Both the position numbers and the translations under genes were made by a program. Positions 1 through 10,766 of a stretch of DNA of 64,000 nucleotides are shown here, piece by piece; within the stretch, counting starts at the first letter, position 1, and each line of letters starts with the position of its first letter. This DNA is from Saprospiraceae bacterium (GTDB taxonomy: Bacteria > Bacteroidota > Bacteroidia > Chitinophagales > Saprospiraceae). The notes beneath the pieces are model-generated. The model made no database searches and was not told the origin of the DNA. It worked only from the letters and a program-made list of their open reading frames with translations. The DNA lies in contig JAHDHW010000005.1 in assembly GCA_020631105.1 (NCBI GenBank), forward strand, positions 26,926-90,925, written 5' to 3'.

Positions 1-587
1 ATTGAGTATGGTGTACCGTTGTCTACATCAATCCGGAGCATCTTACCTAAAAGGTTTTGAGGATTTTGTGCGCGATTACCAGGGTCGCCTCCGTCGCCTC
101 CGTCACCAGAACCAATGTACAAATAACCATCAGGCCCAAAAGCTAAATCTCCTGCATTATGGTTCCAGTAAGGTTGAGCGATCTCCATAATGAGGACTTC
201 ACTATTAGGGTCTGCTACGTTAGGATCAGTGCTGCTTACCGAAAACCTGGAAACACGAGTATCGCCATTATTATCAGTGTAGTTGACAAAGAAGTAACCA
301 TTATTTGCATAATCAGGGTGGAACTCCAGACCTAATAATCCACGTTCGTTTGGACTGGCATTGACATCGCTTGTTATGTTTAGAAATAACGTTGATTGTA
401 CGTTTCCGGCACCATCAATTATTTTGATTCTCCCTGCACGCTCCACAATAAAAAGTCTTTCATCTCCTGCATTGACAATATCAACAGGATTTGAAAAACC
501 TGAAGCGAACTGCTCTAAATCGATATCCTGAGCATTTAATAGAGTGGTCAGACAGCATAGTACAAGAATAGTATACAATGATTTCAT
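1..587 (-). CDS. PQQ-dependent sugar dehydrogenase (soluble aldose/sorbosone dehydrogenase family), N-terminal ~195 codons; the 3' end lies beyond the left edge
   Basis: Absent from the ORF track because no stop lies in the window. The reverse-strand ATG at 587-585 gives MKSLYTILVLCCLTTLLNAQ (signal peptide), then FASGFSNPVDIVNAGDERLFIVERAGRIKII, ERGLLGLEFHPDYANNGYFFVNY and DLAFGPDGYLYIGSGDGGDGGDPGNRAQNPQNLLGKMLRIDVD. These are hallmark motifs of this beta-propeller family. Confidence 0.8.
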   Translation of the reverse strand, partial: MKSLYTILVLCCLTTLLNAQDIDLEQFASGFSNPVDIVNAGDERLFIVERAGRIKIIDGAGNVQSTLFLNITSDVNASPNERGLLGLEFHPDYANNGYFFVNYTDNNGDTRVSRFSVSSTDPNVADPNSEVLIMEIAQPYWNHNAGDLAFGPDGYLYIGSGDGGDGGDPGNRAQNPQNLLGKMLRIDVDNGTPYS

Positions 588-770
588 GATAATTATATTT
601 ATTTTGGATAGCTTGACAAGGCCATCAAACTGATTACGATATTAACAATTATAAATTTACGGAACTATTCCAACTTACATTGCCCAAATTCATTGAAATG
701 GTAGAAGTCTAACAAAGAAAACTACACATAGTTATCGCTTTGACTAATTTGGGGTAAAACATTAATCTGA

Positions 771-2954
<2,184 letters not shown>

Positions 2955-2974
<20 letters not shown>

Positions 2975-4103
2975 TTATGCGATTATTGGTGCTGGCTGCG
3001 CTGGCATGCATCTGGCATTAGCTATGATGGAGGATTCCTTTTTTGAGCAGCAGCAAATACTTGTTCTAGAAAAGGACAGCAAATCCATTAACGACCGAAC
3101 CTGGTGTTTTTGGGAAGAAGGATCAGGTAAATGGGATGGTCTCATTGACCATGCATGGAGCAAAGGAAAGTTTTATAGTTCCACTGCAGATGAAACACTA
3201 AGCCTAAAAGGCTATCGATACAAGAAATTAAAATCTATCGATTTTTATAATTACGCCAAAGAAAAAATAAATGCGGCTCCTAATTTCCATTGGGTTAAGG
3301 ATGATATCCAAATGGTAAATTCCAATGGTAAAACAAGTATTCTAGGACAAACGCAAAGCTATATTGTCGATCATATATTTGATAGCCGTATCCATCCTGA
3401 CTTCTACCAAAGCAAGGATAAATTCACTCGCATTTTACAACATTTCAAAGGGTGGATTATCGAGACAGAAACCGATTTCTTTGACCCGGAAGAATTCATC
3501 ATCATGGACTTCCGGCTCAAATATAAAGACAGCACCAGTTTTAGCTATGTCCTTCCAACCTCCCCTCGCAGAGCGCTGGTAGAGTTCACCTTATTCACTA
3601 AAGAACTCATTGAGGACAAAGACTATGACGAAGTCATCAAATCTTATCTATCTGACATTCTCCAACTGGAAAAATATAAAGTAGTTGAAATCGAAAAAGG
3701 AGTAATTCCTATGAGTGATTTTCCTTTTCATGCCCGACATGAAGCACACCTTACTAAGATTGGAACAGCTGGAAGTTGGGTACGGCCATCAACCGGGTAT
3801 TCCTTCAAAAACTCTGAAAAATATAGCCAAAGAATAATCAAAAACCTTAAAGCGGGACGTAAACCATCCTCAGGAATTGCCAGGAATCGATTCCGGCATT
3901 ATGACAAACTACTACTCAAAATTCTAAAGGATCGCAACGAATTGGGTGAAGAGTTGTTTACTTCAATGTTCGAGCGTAACTCAACCAGGCAAATTTTTAA
4001 ATTCCTGGATGAGGATACCAATTTATTAGAAGATGCAAGAATCATGTCTTCTTTTCGAGCGGCTCCTTTTTTGGAAGCACTTTACAAACAAGTGTTCACC
4101 TGA
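2955..4103 (+). CDS. crtY: Lycopene cyclase family protein (CrtY type; possibly a monocyclase)
   Basis: Dinucleotide-binding motif YNYAIIGAGCAGMHLALAM sits right after the ATG at 2955. The ORF-track start at 2934 adds 7 residues and is less likely. Length and the FxxMDFR / GxIPM / GTAGSWVRPSTGYSF motifs fit CrtY-type cyclases. Confidence 0.8.
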
Positions 4104-4113
4104 CTTTATAACT

Positions 4114-5079
4114 ATGGCGGATCAATCATCATTGCTCTTTAAGGACTTCACTAATGTTGTTTCTGAATGTCCCGCCTGCTCCCAAAAAGCGTTCATTGAC
4201 CTTATCGATACAAAAGTTCAGATGCACCCGTCCGAAGCCAGGTTTCGCTTTCAACAGTGTACAGGTTGCCAACTTGTCTTCCTTAATCCTAGGGTTCCAG
4301 TCCATCAACTCAAAGCTTATTACACCGACTACTATCTTCCGTATCGAGGTCCACACGCCTGGGGGAAATTTGCATCCTTCGTTGAAGGCAGTCAAAAAAA
4401 ACTGGACCTTAAAAGAGCAAAAGTCATTAATGCTGTTCATCCTCTAAACGAAAAGACTACGGTTCTGGATATCGGATGCGGTAAGCCGACATTCCTCAAA
4501 GCATGTCTACAAAAGTATAAGACTAAATCTATTGGTCTGGACTTTACAAACACGGGATGGAAAGACACCCCGGATATTTACAAAGGAATAGATTTATTCG
4601 TAGGTGAGGTCAAAGACCTTAGCGCTGATCATCGTCCCTCAGTCATTACCATGTGGCATTACCTTGAGCATGACTACGCTCCGCTCGAAACCTTAAGTAC
4701 GCTTCGCCAGCTCGCTACACCGGGCACTACCCTGGTAATTGAAGTTCCTAATTATGATTCCGAGAGCAGGCGCAAATTCGGAGCGCATTGGGCGGGTTAT
4801 CATACTCCCCGGCATACTTTTTTGTTCTCTCCGGATAACATTCGACCATTACTTCAACGTGCCGGTTGGAAGGTTCAGGAAGTTCGTTCGCAAGGTACTT
4901 TAGATCCTTATCTTTTGTACTGGATGAGTAAAATGGAAAAAGAAGGGATCGACTGGAGTACATCTATGCAGGATCGATTTTATAAATTCGTCTGGAACAA
5001 ACTCCGTTTCGAATGGCAACACCTCAACAAAAAAAACAGATCGCTCGGCATCATGCTGGCGATAGCTAAAGCTAACTAA
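4114..5079 (+). CDS. Class I SAM-dependent methyltransferase with an N-terminal CxxC...CxxC zinc-ribbon-like element
   Basis: The ATG at 4114 follows the crtY stop at 4103; the track start at 4033 overlaps crtY. CPACSQK...CTGCQLVF, then SAM motif I VLDIGCGKPTF and an acidic loop GLDF. Confidence 0.75.
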   Translation: MADQSSLLFKDFTNVVSECPACSQKAFIDLIDTKVQMHPSEARFRFQQCTGCQLVFLNPRVPVHQLKAYYTDYYLPYRGPHAWGKFASFVEGSQKKLDLKRAKVINAVHPLNEKTTVLDIGCGKPTFLKACLQKYKTKSIGLDFTNTGWKDTPDIYKGIDLFVGEVKDLSADHRPSVITMWHYLEHDYAPLETLSTLRQLATPGTTLVIEVPNYDSESRRKFGAHWAGYHTPRHTFLFSPDNIRPLLQRAGWKVQEVRSQGTLDPYLLYWMSKMEKEGIDWSTSMQDRFYKFVWNKLRFEWQHLNKKNRSLGIMLAIAKAN

Positions 5080-5758
5080 GTTCATCTGCGAATACCTGAA
5101 ACCGTGCAAATAGTTCTTCCTTATACCAATCTAGCGCCTTAGTCATTTGAATCGCTTTTGCATGCTCCTTCCCTTTGTAAGCAAAATCAAAAAGTGACTG
5201 TTTATTTTCCCAAAGGCTAAAAGTAGCCATCTGAACGATCGGCACCTCTCCCACTCCTTTCGTGTAAATCAAGCCGGGGGCATTGGCTAAGTGTTTCTGC
5301 GATGTAGGCACATAGGACCAAAACTTCCAGAGCTTTGAAAGACGAATTGTTGCTCTGGTGATTACCGCTAATTGTTTTTCCTTTCCATCTAATTCACTAC
5401 TGGAAACAAATGGATTACTTCCGGACCACGCTCCCTTTGCAATGATATTGCGCATATACAGCGTTCGCATTTTTGAAGTTCGATTACGATAGCTGATTGC
5501 AAGTTCCGCATTATCAAAAAAACGACGCGCAGCAGTTTCATTCTCCCAAACTTGCAGTAAGCAATAGGTCGACCAATCCGGCAATGGATTAAACCCAAAT
5601 CCTTTCCCACTTCCCATAAGTTTGTAAAACACTAAACCCGGAACATCTGCAAGTCCTTTATGCGCAAACTGCATCATCCCAAAAGCCCAGACTTTGTTCC
5701 AAAAGCCTTCGTAATGAAAAAATGTAATGGTAGTAATCTGTTGCGACATAAGTTTCAC
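5072..5758 (-). CDS. Spheroidene monooxygenase-like protein (CrtA family; candidate carotenoid oxygenase/hydroxylase)
   Basis: 228 aa. The N-terminus TTITFFHYEGFWNKVWAFGMMQFAH resembles the CrtA-family start as I recall it. It is adjacent to carotenoid genes and overlaps the methyltransferase 3' end by 8 nt (convergent). Confidence 0.55.
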   Translation of the reverse strand: MKLMSQQITTITFFHYEGFWNKVWAFGMMQFAHKGLADVPGLVFYKLMGSGKGFGFNPLPDWSTYCLLQVWENETAARRFFDNAELAISYRNRTSKMRTLYMRNIIAKGAWSGSNPFVSSSELDGKEKQLAVITRATIRLSKLWKFWSYVPTSQKHLANAPGLIYTKGVGEVPIVQMATFSLWENKQSLFDFAYKGKEHAKAIQMTKALDWYKEELFARFQVFADELS

Positions 5759-5813
5759 TAGTATTCATCCAGTCAACAGCAAGATGCTAAAAAAGTTATA
5801 CGATAAAAAGAAA

Positions 5814-5851
5814 AGCCTGAATCCGTCTTTAGTATTTGACGGATTCAGGCT
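5814..5851 (-). terminator. Intrinsic terminator of the 1424-aa T9SS protein gene
   Basis: Perfect 14-bp stem AGCCTGAATCCGTC / GACGGATTCAGGCT (5814-5827 / 5838-5851) with a 10-nt loop. It lies 28 nt past the stop and is followed on the minus strand by CTTTTCTTTTTAT. Confidence 0.8.
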
Positions 5852-5878
5852 ATTCAATTATTTACCAGAAAAACATTC

Positions 5879-8800
5879 TTATTCTTTTAGCAAGGTCCCT
5901 TGCCATTTACCAAGCGTATATAAATATGCGCCCGCTGCAAAAGCAGAGAGGTCTAGTTCAATTACATTTTGTCCAGCCTCAAGTTCAACAGCTTTTTGGT
6001 ATATCTCTTTACCTTGTAGGTCAAATATTTTTAATTCCATTCGCTGAGCTCGCTCCTCCCCTAAGGTCGTTGCTTCGTCTAAGAAAACGGTCAACCGCGT
6101 CTGGTCCAGGAATGGATTTGGAGCCACTTCAAGCGCACTATTGTCTTCCGCTAAATCAAATTCAAGACTTAAACGATATGCACTACCAAATTCATCATAA
6201 GAGAAGCCAGGTATGGTATTCCCCATGGATAAGCCTTTCCACCAATCCTTCGTTTGGGGTCGTAGTCTAAGGTAGAAAAAGTAATCTTCAAGGGCTCTAC
6301 CCTCTTTGGCGTACCAGGCAAAGTTAAGTACCGTATTGTTTCGAAAAGCAACATCCGGAGCAGAGTGACTTCCCGGCATTACCGCATCAATACTAAGGTA
6401 ATGCGGATCGATCCAAAAGCTTCCTTCGAATGCAGATAACTCGGCAGCTTGTCTAACATGGACACGAAGTAAGATATCATCCGAATGGCTTTCCTCTATC
6501 TCTAAGCTGAGTTGACTTTCTCCTTCTGGATTTGTCAAATTATTTGGATTTGCACTTAAGTTTACATCTCCTACTTTAATCGCAACAAAGTCTTCGTTCA
6601 ACTTATCCTCGGACACATTACTCAGGGTAATAGACTCCGGGAAGTTTTCGCTCAGCGGATCGGTAGGATCAGCGAATGAATAAAATTCCGGGATAAACCG
6701 CCAGGAGGTATTATTCGGAAAAGTATCTACATTTTGTAAAATCACCTGCCTTAAACGTATGAGGTCAAAAGTAGAAACCGTACCATTAGCATCAATATCT
6801 GCTGCAATTATTTTGTATGGAGAATCAAGGGGCTGAACAAAAAGAATGTGTTGCATGATCTGAAACTGATCAAAAGTCGACACTCCATTTGAGTAGTTAA
6901 TATCCTTTATTGGGGTAATGGTATAATCACTCAAGGGTGTCTCATCCGGATAAATATACGTTCCATTATCCTGAGTGACCTGCACGGAGTGATTCTCTTC
7001 AAGTACCTCTACTAAAGCTACCGTCTGGCCATTCTCCTTAGCTATCGTACCTCCAACATTTATATTTGCAAGTGGAATGAGTATGCTAATCAATTCGCAA
7101 GAAACATCCATTCCACATTCGTTACTTACTTCAAGACAAACGTTATAGTCTCCCGAAGCTGGAAAGGTATGTGTCGGATTTTCTAAAGCACTGGTCGTCC
7201 CATCACCAAAATCCCAATGATAAGTTTCCCCTCCAGTTGCCGCTGATGAAAAATCGACTACTGCATCAACATCCAGATAACTAAATTCTGAAACTGGAAA
7301 TACTCCTTCATTTTCAATAAAAAAGACTTCTTCGCTTATACAGCCCATCGCATCGGTTAATGACAAAAAGTATATTCCTCCTGCTATGTTATCAATGGAT
7401 GGTGAATTTGTAGGACCGTCACCAATATCAAAGGTATAAGGTGGCACACCTCCACTGGCTTCGAACAGGACAGCACCATTTGCCAAACCGCAAGTAGCCG
7501 TTAGTGTTTCCAATACTACTGCGCTTGCCGCACCGCTCTGTGTCAGGATTGCTTCGGCAATATCTTCACAGCCATTAGCATCCGTCACTGTAATGGTATA
7601 CTCTCCGGCAGGTAATCCTGAAAAAACATTATCAAAGCTTGCTCCAGATCCTATGTCATAAGTGTATGGTGCTTGCCCTCCAACTGCCGTAATAGTAAGG
7701 CTTCCATTTATTTCATTACAATTGGCATCGCTAGTCATGACGGATTCAATTTCTACAAGAGCACTATTGACTATGGTAATATCTGTTGTTGCTGTACACC
7801 CGTTGACATCGCTGACTTCTATCGAATAATCTCCTGCTGGTAGTTCATTATATTGTAATTGGCTACTGGGCCCGGTCCCTATATCAATAGTAAACGGAGC
7901 AGTACCATTCGTCAGTACTACCTCAAATCCGCCATTATGTAAGCCACAATTCGCGGTGTTTACATTTTGAACACTTACGCTCAAATCACAAATAATATCA
8001 GCCGTTACCGCTTTACAAAAACTAAAGGCTGAAGTGTTACCTGTGATATCAGTTGCTGTTGTAGTTACCTTATTAGTATCCACTAAGGTTATACCATTGA
8101 CAAAAGGTGCTTCTAACACCCAAACACTATCAGTCGTAACTGCTGCCCCCAAATATATTTTACCCTGACAAGGGCCAATCGCACAATCACCATCAGCGGC
8201 AATATAAACTTCAATGATATCAGCAGAGTCCGCTCTTCCAGAGATATAATTAGTAGATGCACTGTCAATTACCGGAGTATTTGGTATCAGATTAGCCGAA
8301 CCACTCAAGCCAATCGCAATTGAATCATTACAATAAAAACTATTCTGACTGATTGTATTATACCAGCCGCCGCTAGTAATACGAAGTCCTTGTTCGTGAT
8401 AAGCAATAACATTATTTTTCACCTGATTATGATCTCCTCCGTTAGCGATTATGATCCCACATAACTCATTACTCGCTGATATACTTTCGCTGACATTCGT
8501 CCCTAGGTAATTTCCTTCGATAACTCCATAGCTACTTCCTAATTTGTACACAATACCACAGCCATTCCAAGGTCCTGTTCCCGGTGCATCCGGAAAGAAG
8601 TCTTGTTCATAACCATTATCATAGAGTACATTACCTTTGTTGACTGCTCCAACAATCACATGGTCTGCTGCGGTCACATCGATCCCATCATCCGGAAAGT
8701 TTCTGATCTCTAATCCATAGACCTCACAATAATCTCCCCTTACCCAGACCGCATTATAAGGACCAGTCCAATCTGTCTGACTTCCGTCTAATCTAATCTT

Positions 8801-10153
8801 TGGGCTATAGTCTTCATCCTCTCCAAATCCAGCTTGGGTCGTAGCATCCAGTATGGTTCCCTCATCCGTCAGAGCAGGAAGTGCCTGATCGTTATCTTCA
8901 CCAACGAAAATAGTATGTACGCCATCACCTGGAATCGCAAATCGAATAGTATTTGCTCCTGGAGTCTCGTTAGCGCATTCTATCGCTGCTCTTAAGGATC
9001 CTTGCCCAACATCATTAGTATTAGTGACATAAATATCACCGTTTTCGTCCGTACAGGCAGATACTCCGGTGACCACCATACACTCTGCATAAGCTGAAGT
9101 ATTTTGCAAAAGATTAGTAGCTGTAGCAGTGACGATATCGCCCGAATTTAAAACTGTATTATTTACAAAAGGCCCATCTAACTGCCATGTTCCGTTTTCA
9201 ACTACAGTAGACCCGAGATAAATACTTCCCTGACACACGGCTTCCGCACAAGTTGAATTATCAGATATATAAACTTCAATTACATTACCATTGGTCCCTG
9301 TTCCCGCAACTAGATTTGTAGTTGTAGTACTAACGACAGGAGGTAGAACTCCTGCATTAGCCCCAGGTTCAAGGTAAATACCAATAGTATCATTACAAAT
9401 CAATTCGTTTTGCTGAAGTTTTATGGAGCTCGCCGTACTACCAATATATATTCCGGCAGCATTATCTCTTATGACATTAGGAACTTGTCCTCCAATAGTA
9501 TTTTGTGCTACCGTGCTTCGGACAATGATTCCGCAGTATTCATTATTTTCAATGACATTACCATCTATCTGATTATTATCACTCCCTGAGCGAATAACAA
9601 TTCCACAGCCGTTCCAGGGGCCTGTCCCTGGTGCTCCCGGGAAAAAGTCTTGTTCATAACCATTATCATGGATATAGTTTGCTCGGATGATACCATTATC
9701 AGAGCCTCTAAAGTCGATACCATCATCCGGGAAGTTCCTGATCTCTAATCCATAGATTTCACAAACATCTCCTTGTACATATAATGCGTTAATAGGATTA
9801 AACCAGGTCCCTTCACTACCATCTAGAATGATCACGGGAACCCCTTGATAACCAGCTTGTGTACGTGCATCAATACTCGTACTATCATCGATCAATATTG
9901 GTAAAGAAAAATTACTTGTAGAACCAACGTTTATTATATGTGGTCCCGCGCCAGGGATATCAAAGACGATCTCGTTTGGCCCTGAAAGTGCGTTTGCACA
10001 ATTAATAGCTTCCCTAAAGGATCCACTTCCTTCATCATTAGTATTATTTACTGTGATTGTATTACCTACTATTACACAGTTTTGGCTAAGCCCTAGCGTA
10101 AAAAAGCTAAAAAGGCATATCCAGAGGGATAAAAGGTGTTGTATTTTTTTCAT
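5879..10153 (-). CDS. Large secreted multidomain protein: 2x parallel beta-helix module, 3x SprB-type repeat, PKD domain, dockerin-like pair, T9SS type A C-terminal sorting domain
   Basis: Signal peptide MKKIQHLLSLWICLFSFFTLGLSQ. Duplicated GLEIRNFPDDGID...DNGYEQDFFP(G/D)APGTGPWNGCGIV modules. SprB-like units (C..NG...GG.PYT.DIG...GC). PKD motif YHWDFGDGTTS..NPTHTF..GDYNVCLEVSN. C-terminal VAPNPFLDQTRLTVFL...LKIFDLQGKEIY...GAYLYTL. Confidence 0.9.
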   Translation of the reverse strand: MKKIQHLLSLWICLFSFFTLGLSQNCVIVGNTITVNNTNDEGSGSFREAINCANALSGPNEIVFDIPGAGPHIINVGSTSNFSLPILIDDSTSIDARTQAGYQGVPVIILDGSEGTWFNPINALYVQGDVCEIYGLEIRNFPDDGIDFRGSDNGIIRANYIHDNGYEQDFFPGAPGTGPWNGCGIVIRSGSDNNQIDGNVIENNEYCGIIVRSTVAQNTIGGQVPNVIRDNAAGIYIGSTASSIKLQQNELICNDTIGIYLEPGANAGVLPPVVSTTTTNLVAGTGTNGNVIEVYISDNSTCAEAVCQGSIYLGSTVVENGTWQLDGPFVNNTVLNSGDIVTATATNLLQNTSAYAECMVVTGVSACTDENGDIYVTNTNDVGQGSLRAAIECANETPGANTIRFAIPGDGVHTIFVGEDNDQALPALTDEGTILDATTQAGFGEDEDYSPKIRLDGSQTDWTGPYNAVWVRGDYCEVYGLEIRNFPDDGIDVTAADHVIVGAVNKGNVLYDNGYEQDFFPDAPGTGPWNGCGIVYKLGSSYGVIEGNYLGTNVSESISASNELCGIIIANGGDHNQVKNNVIAYHEQGLRITSGGWYNTISQNSFYCNDSIAIGLSGSANLIPNTPVIDSASTNYISGRADSADIIEVYIAADGDCAIGPCQGKIYLGAAVTTDSVWVLEAPFVNGITLVDTNKVTTTATDITGNTSAFSFCKAVTADIICDLSVSVQNVNTANCGLHNGGFEVVLTNGTAPFTIDIGTGPSSQLQYNELPAGDYSIEVSDVNGCTATTDITIVNSALVEIESVMTSDANCNEINGSLTITAVGGQAPYTYDIGSGASFDNVFSGLPAGEYTITVTDANGCEDIAEAILTQSGAASAVVLETLTATCGLANGAVLFEASGGVPPYTFDIGDGPTNSPSIDNIAGGIYFLSLTDAMGCISEEVFFIENEGVFPVSEFSYLDVDAVVDFSSAATGGETYHWDFGDGTTSALENPTHTFPASGDYNVCLEVSNECGMDVSCELISILIPLANINVGGTIAKENGQTVALVEVLEENHSVQVTQDNGTYIYPDETPLSDYTITPIKDINYSNGVSTFDQFQIMQHILFVQPLDSPYKIIAADIDANGTVSTFDLIRLRQVILQNVDTFPNNTSWRFIPEFYSFADPTDPLSENFPESITLSNVSEDKLNEDFVAIKVGDVNLSANPNNLTNPEGESQLSLEIEESHSDDILLRVHVRQAAELSAFEGSFWIDPHYLSIDAVMPGSHSAPDVAFRNNTVLNFAWYAKEGRALEDYFFYLRLRPQTKDWWKGLSMGNTIPGFSYDEFGSAYRLSLEFDLAEDNSALEVAPNPFLDQTRLTVFLDEATTLGEERAQRMELKIFDLQGKEIYQKAVELEAGQNVIELDLSAFAAGAYLYTLGKWQGTLLKE
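8015..10081 (-). repeat. In-frame tandem duplication of a ~345-aa beta-helix module (aa 25-358 and 367-713 of the 1424-aa protein)
   Basis: The two copies are collinear: CANALSGPNEIVFDIPGAGPHIINVG / CANETPGANTIRFAIPGDGVHTIFVG; YGLEIRNFPDDGID in both; CQGSIYLGS / CQGKIYLGA; TATATNLLQNTSAYAEC / TTTATDITGNTSAFSFC. Confidence 0.85.
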
Positions 10154-10766
10154 TATAAATCTTTAAAACAAGAAATATCCATACATGACATGATGAACCA
10201 TATCAACTTGTATAGAGATAATTTCAATAATGTTTTAGAGTAATTGCTAAAGAGTGTGTGGATTATTCAGGCTGGAGTTGTAGATATACAACCACATGGA
10301 GTGTTCTATGTCAAAAATACGAAACATTTATTAAATCTAATCATAATATACCTTATTAGTCGCCAATCAACCGATAATTAAGGAGTCTTAAAGGTATGAT
10401 TTTCACATCGCTATGGCATAATATTTTAACAGATACGACATTTTCTATTTTTTCACTAGCCTAAAGCTGGTATTTTCCCGCCAGGCCTATCATTGATCCG
10501 CAAAAGATTGTATATTTGCGATCTAGTTATCCAACCTGATTAAAATAATGTTGAGTGCATAAAATGTTAAATTTTAGGCCTTCAATACTCCCAAAACCGA
10601 CCATTATCCCTCCATTATTTGGAAAAATTACCTCATGATTGGTATTGCCCCAGTCTATTAGCTTTTATGCTTATTTGAAGAGACTGATATGTTTTAATAT
10701 ACATATTCTTGGTTTCGTATTTGCAGGTAATAATAATGACAAAACACTAGTGAATAAATACCGTTG

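Noticed and set aside
2-190. 62-aa plus-strand ORF at the left edge
   Set aside because: It is antisense to the partial PQQ-dependent dehydrogenase gene, whose reverse-strand translation carries clear family motifs.
5072-5079. Overlapping convergent 3' ends (methyltransferase/CrtA-like, 8 nt; also BASS/type B protein at 31160-31163)
   Set aside because: These are real but look like ordinary compact-genome arrangements. Nothing suggests antisense regulation beyond the overlap itself.
5727-6354. Plus-strand ORFs 5727-6047 and 5836-6270, and minus-strand ORF 6169-6354
   Set aside because: They overlap the terminator and the T9SS CTD-coding end of the 1424-aa gene. They have no motifs, and one of them spans a 14-bp terminator stem.
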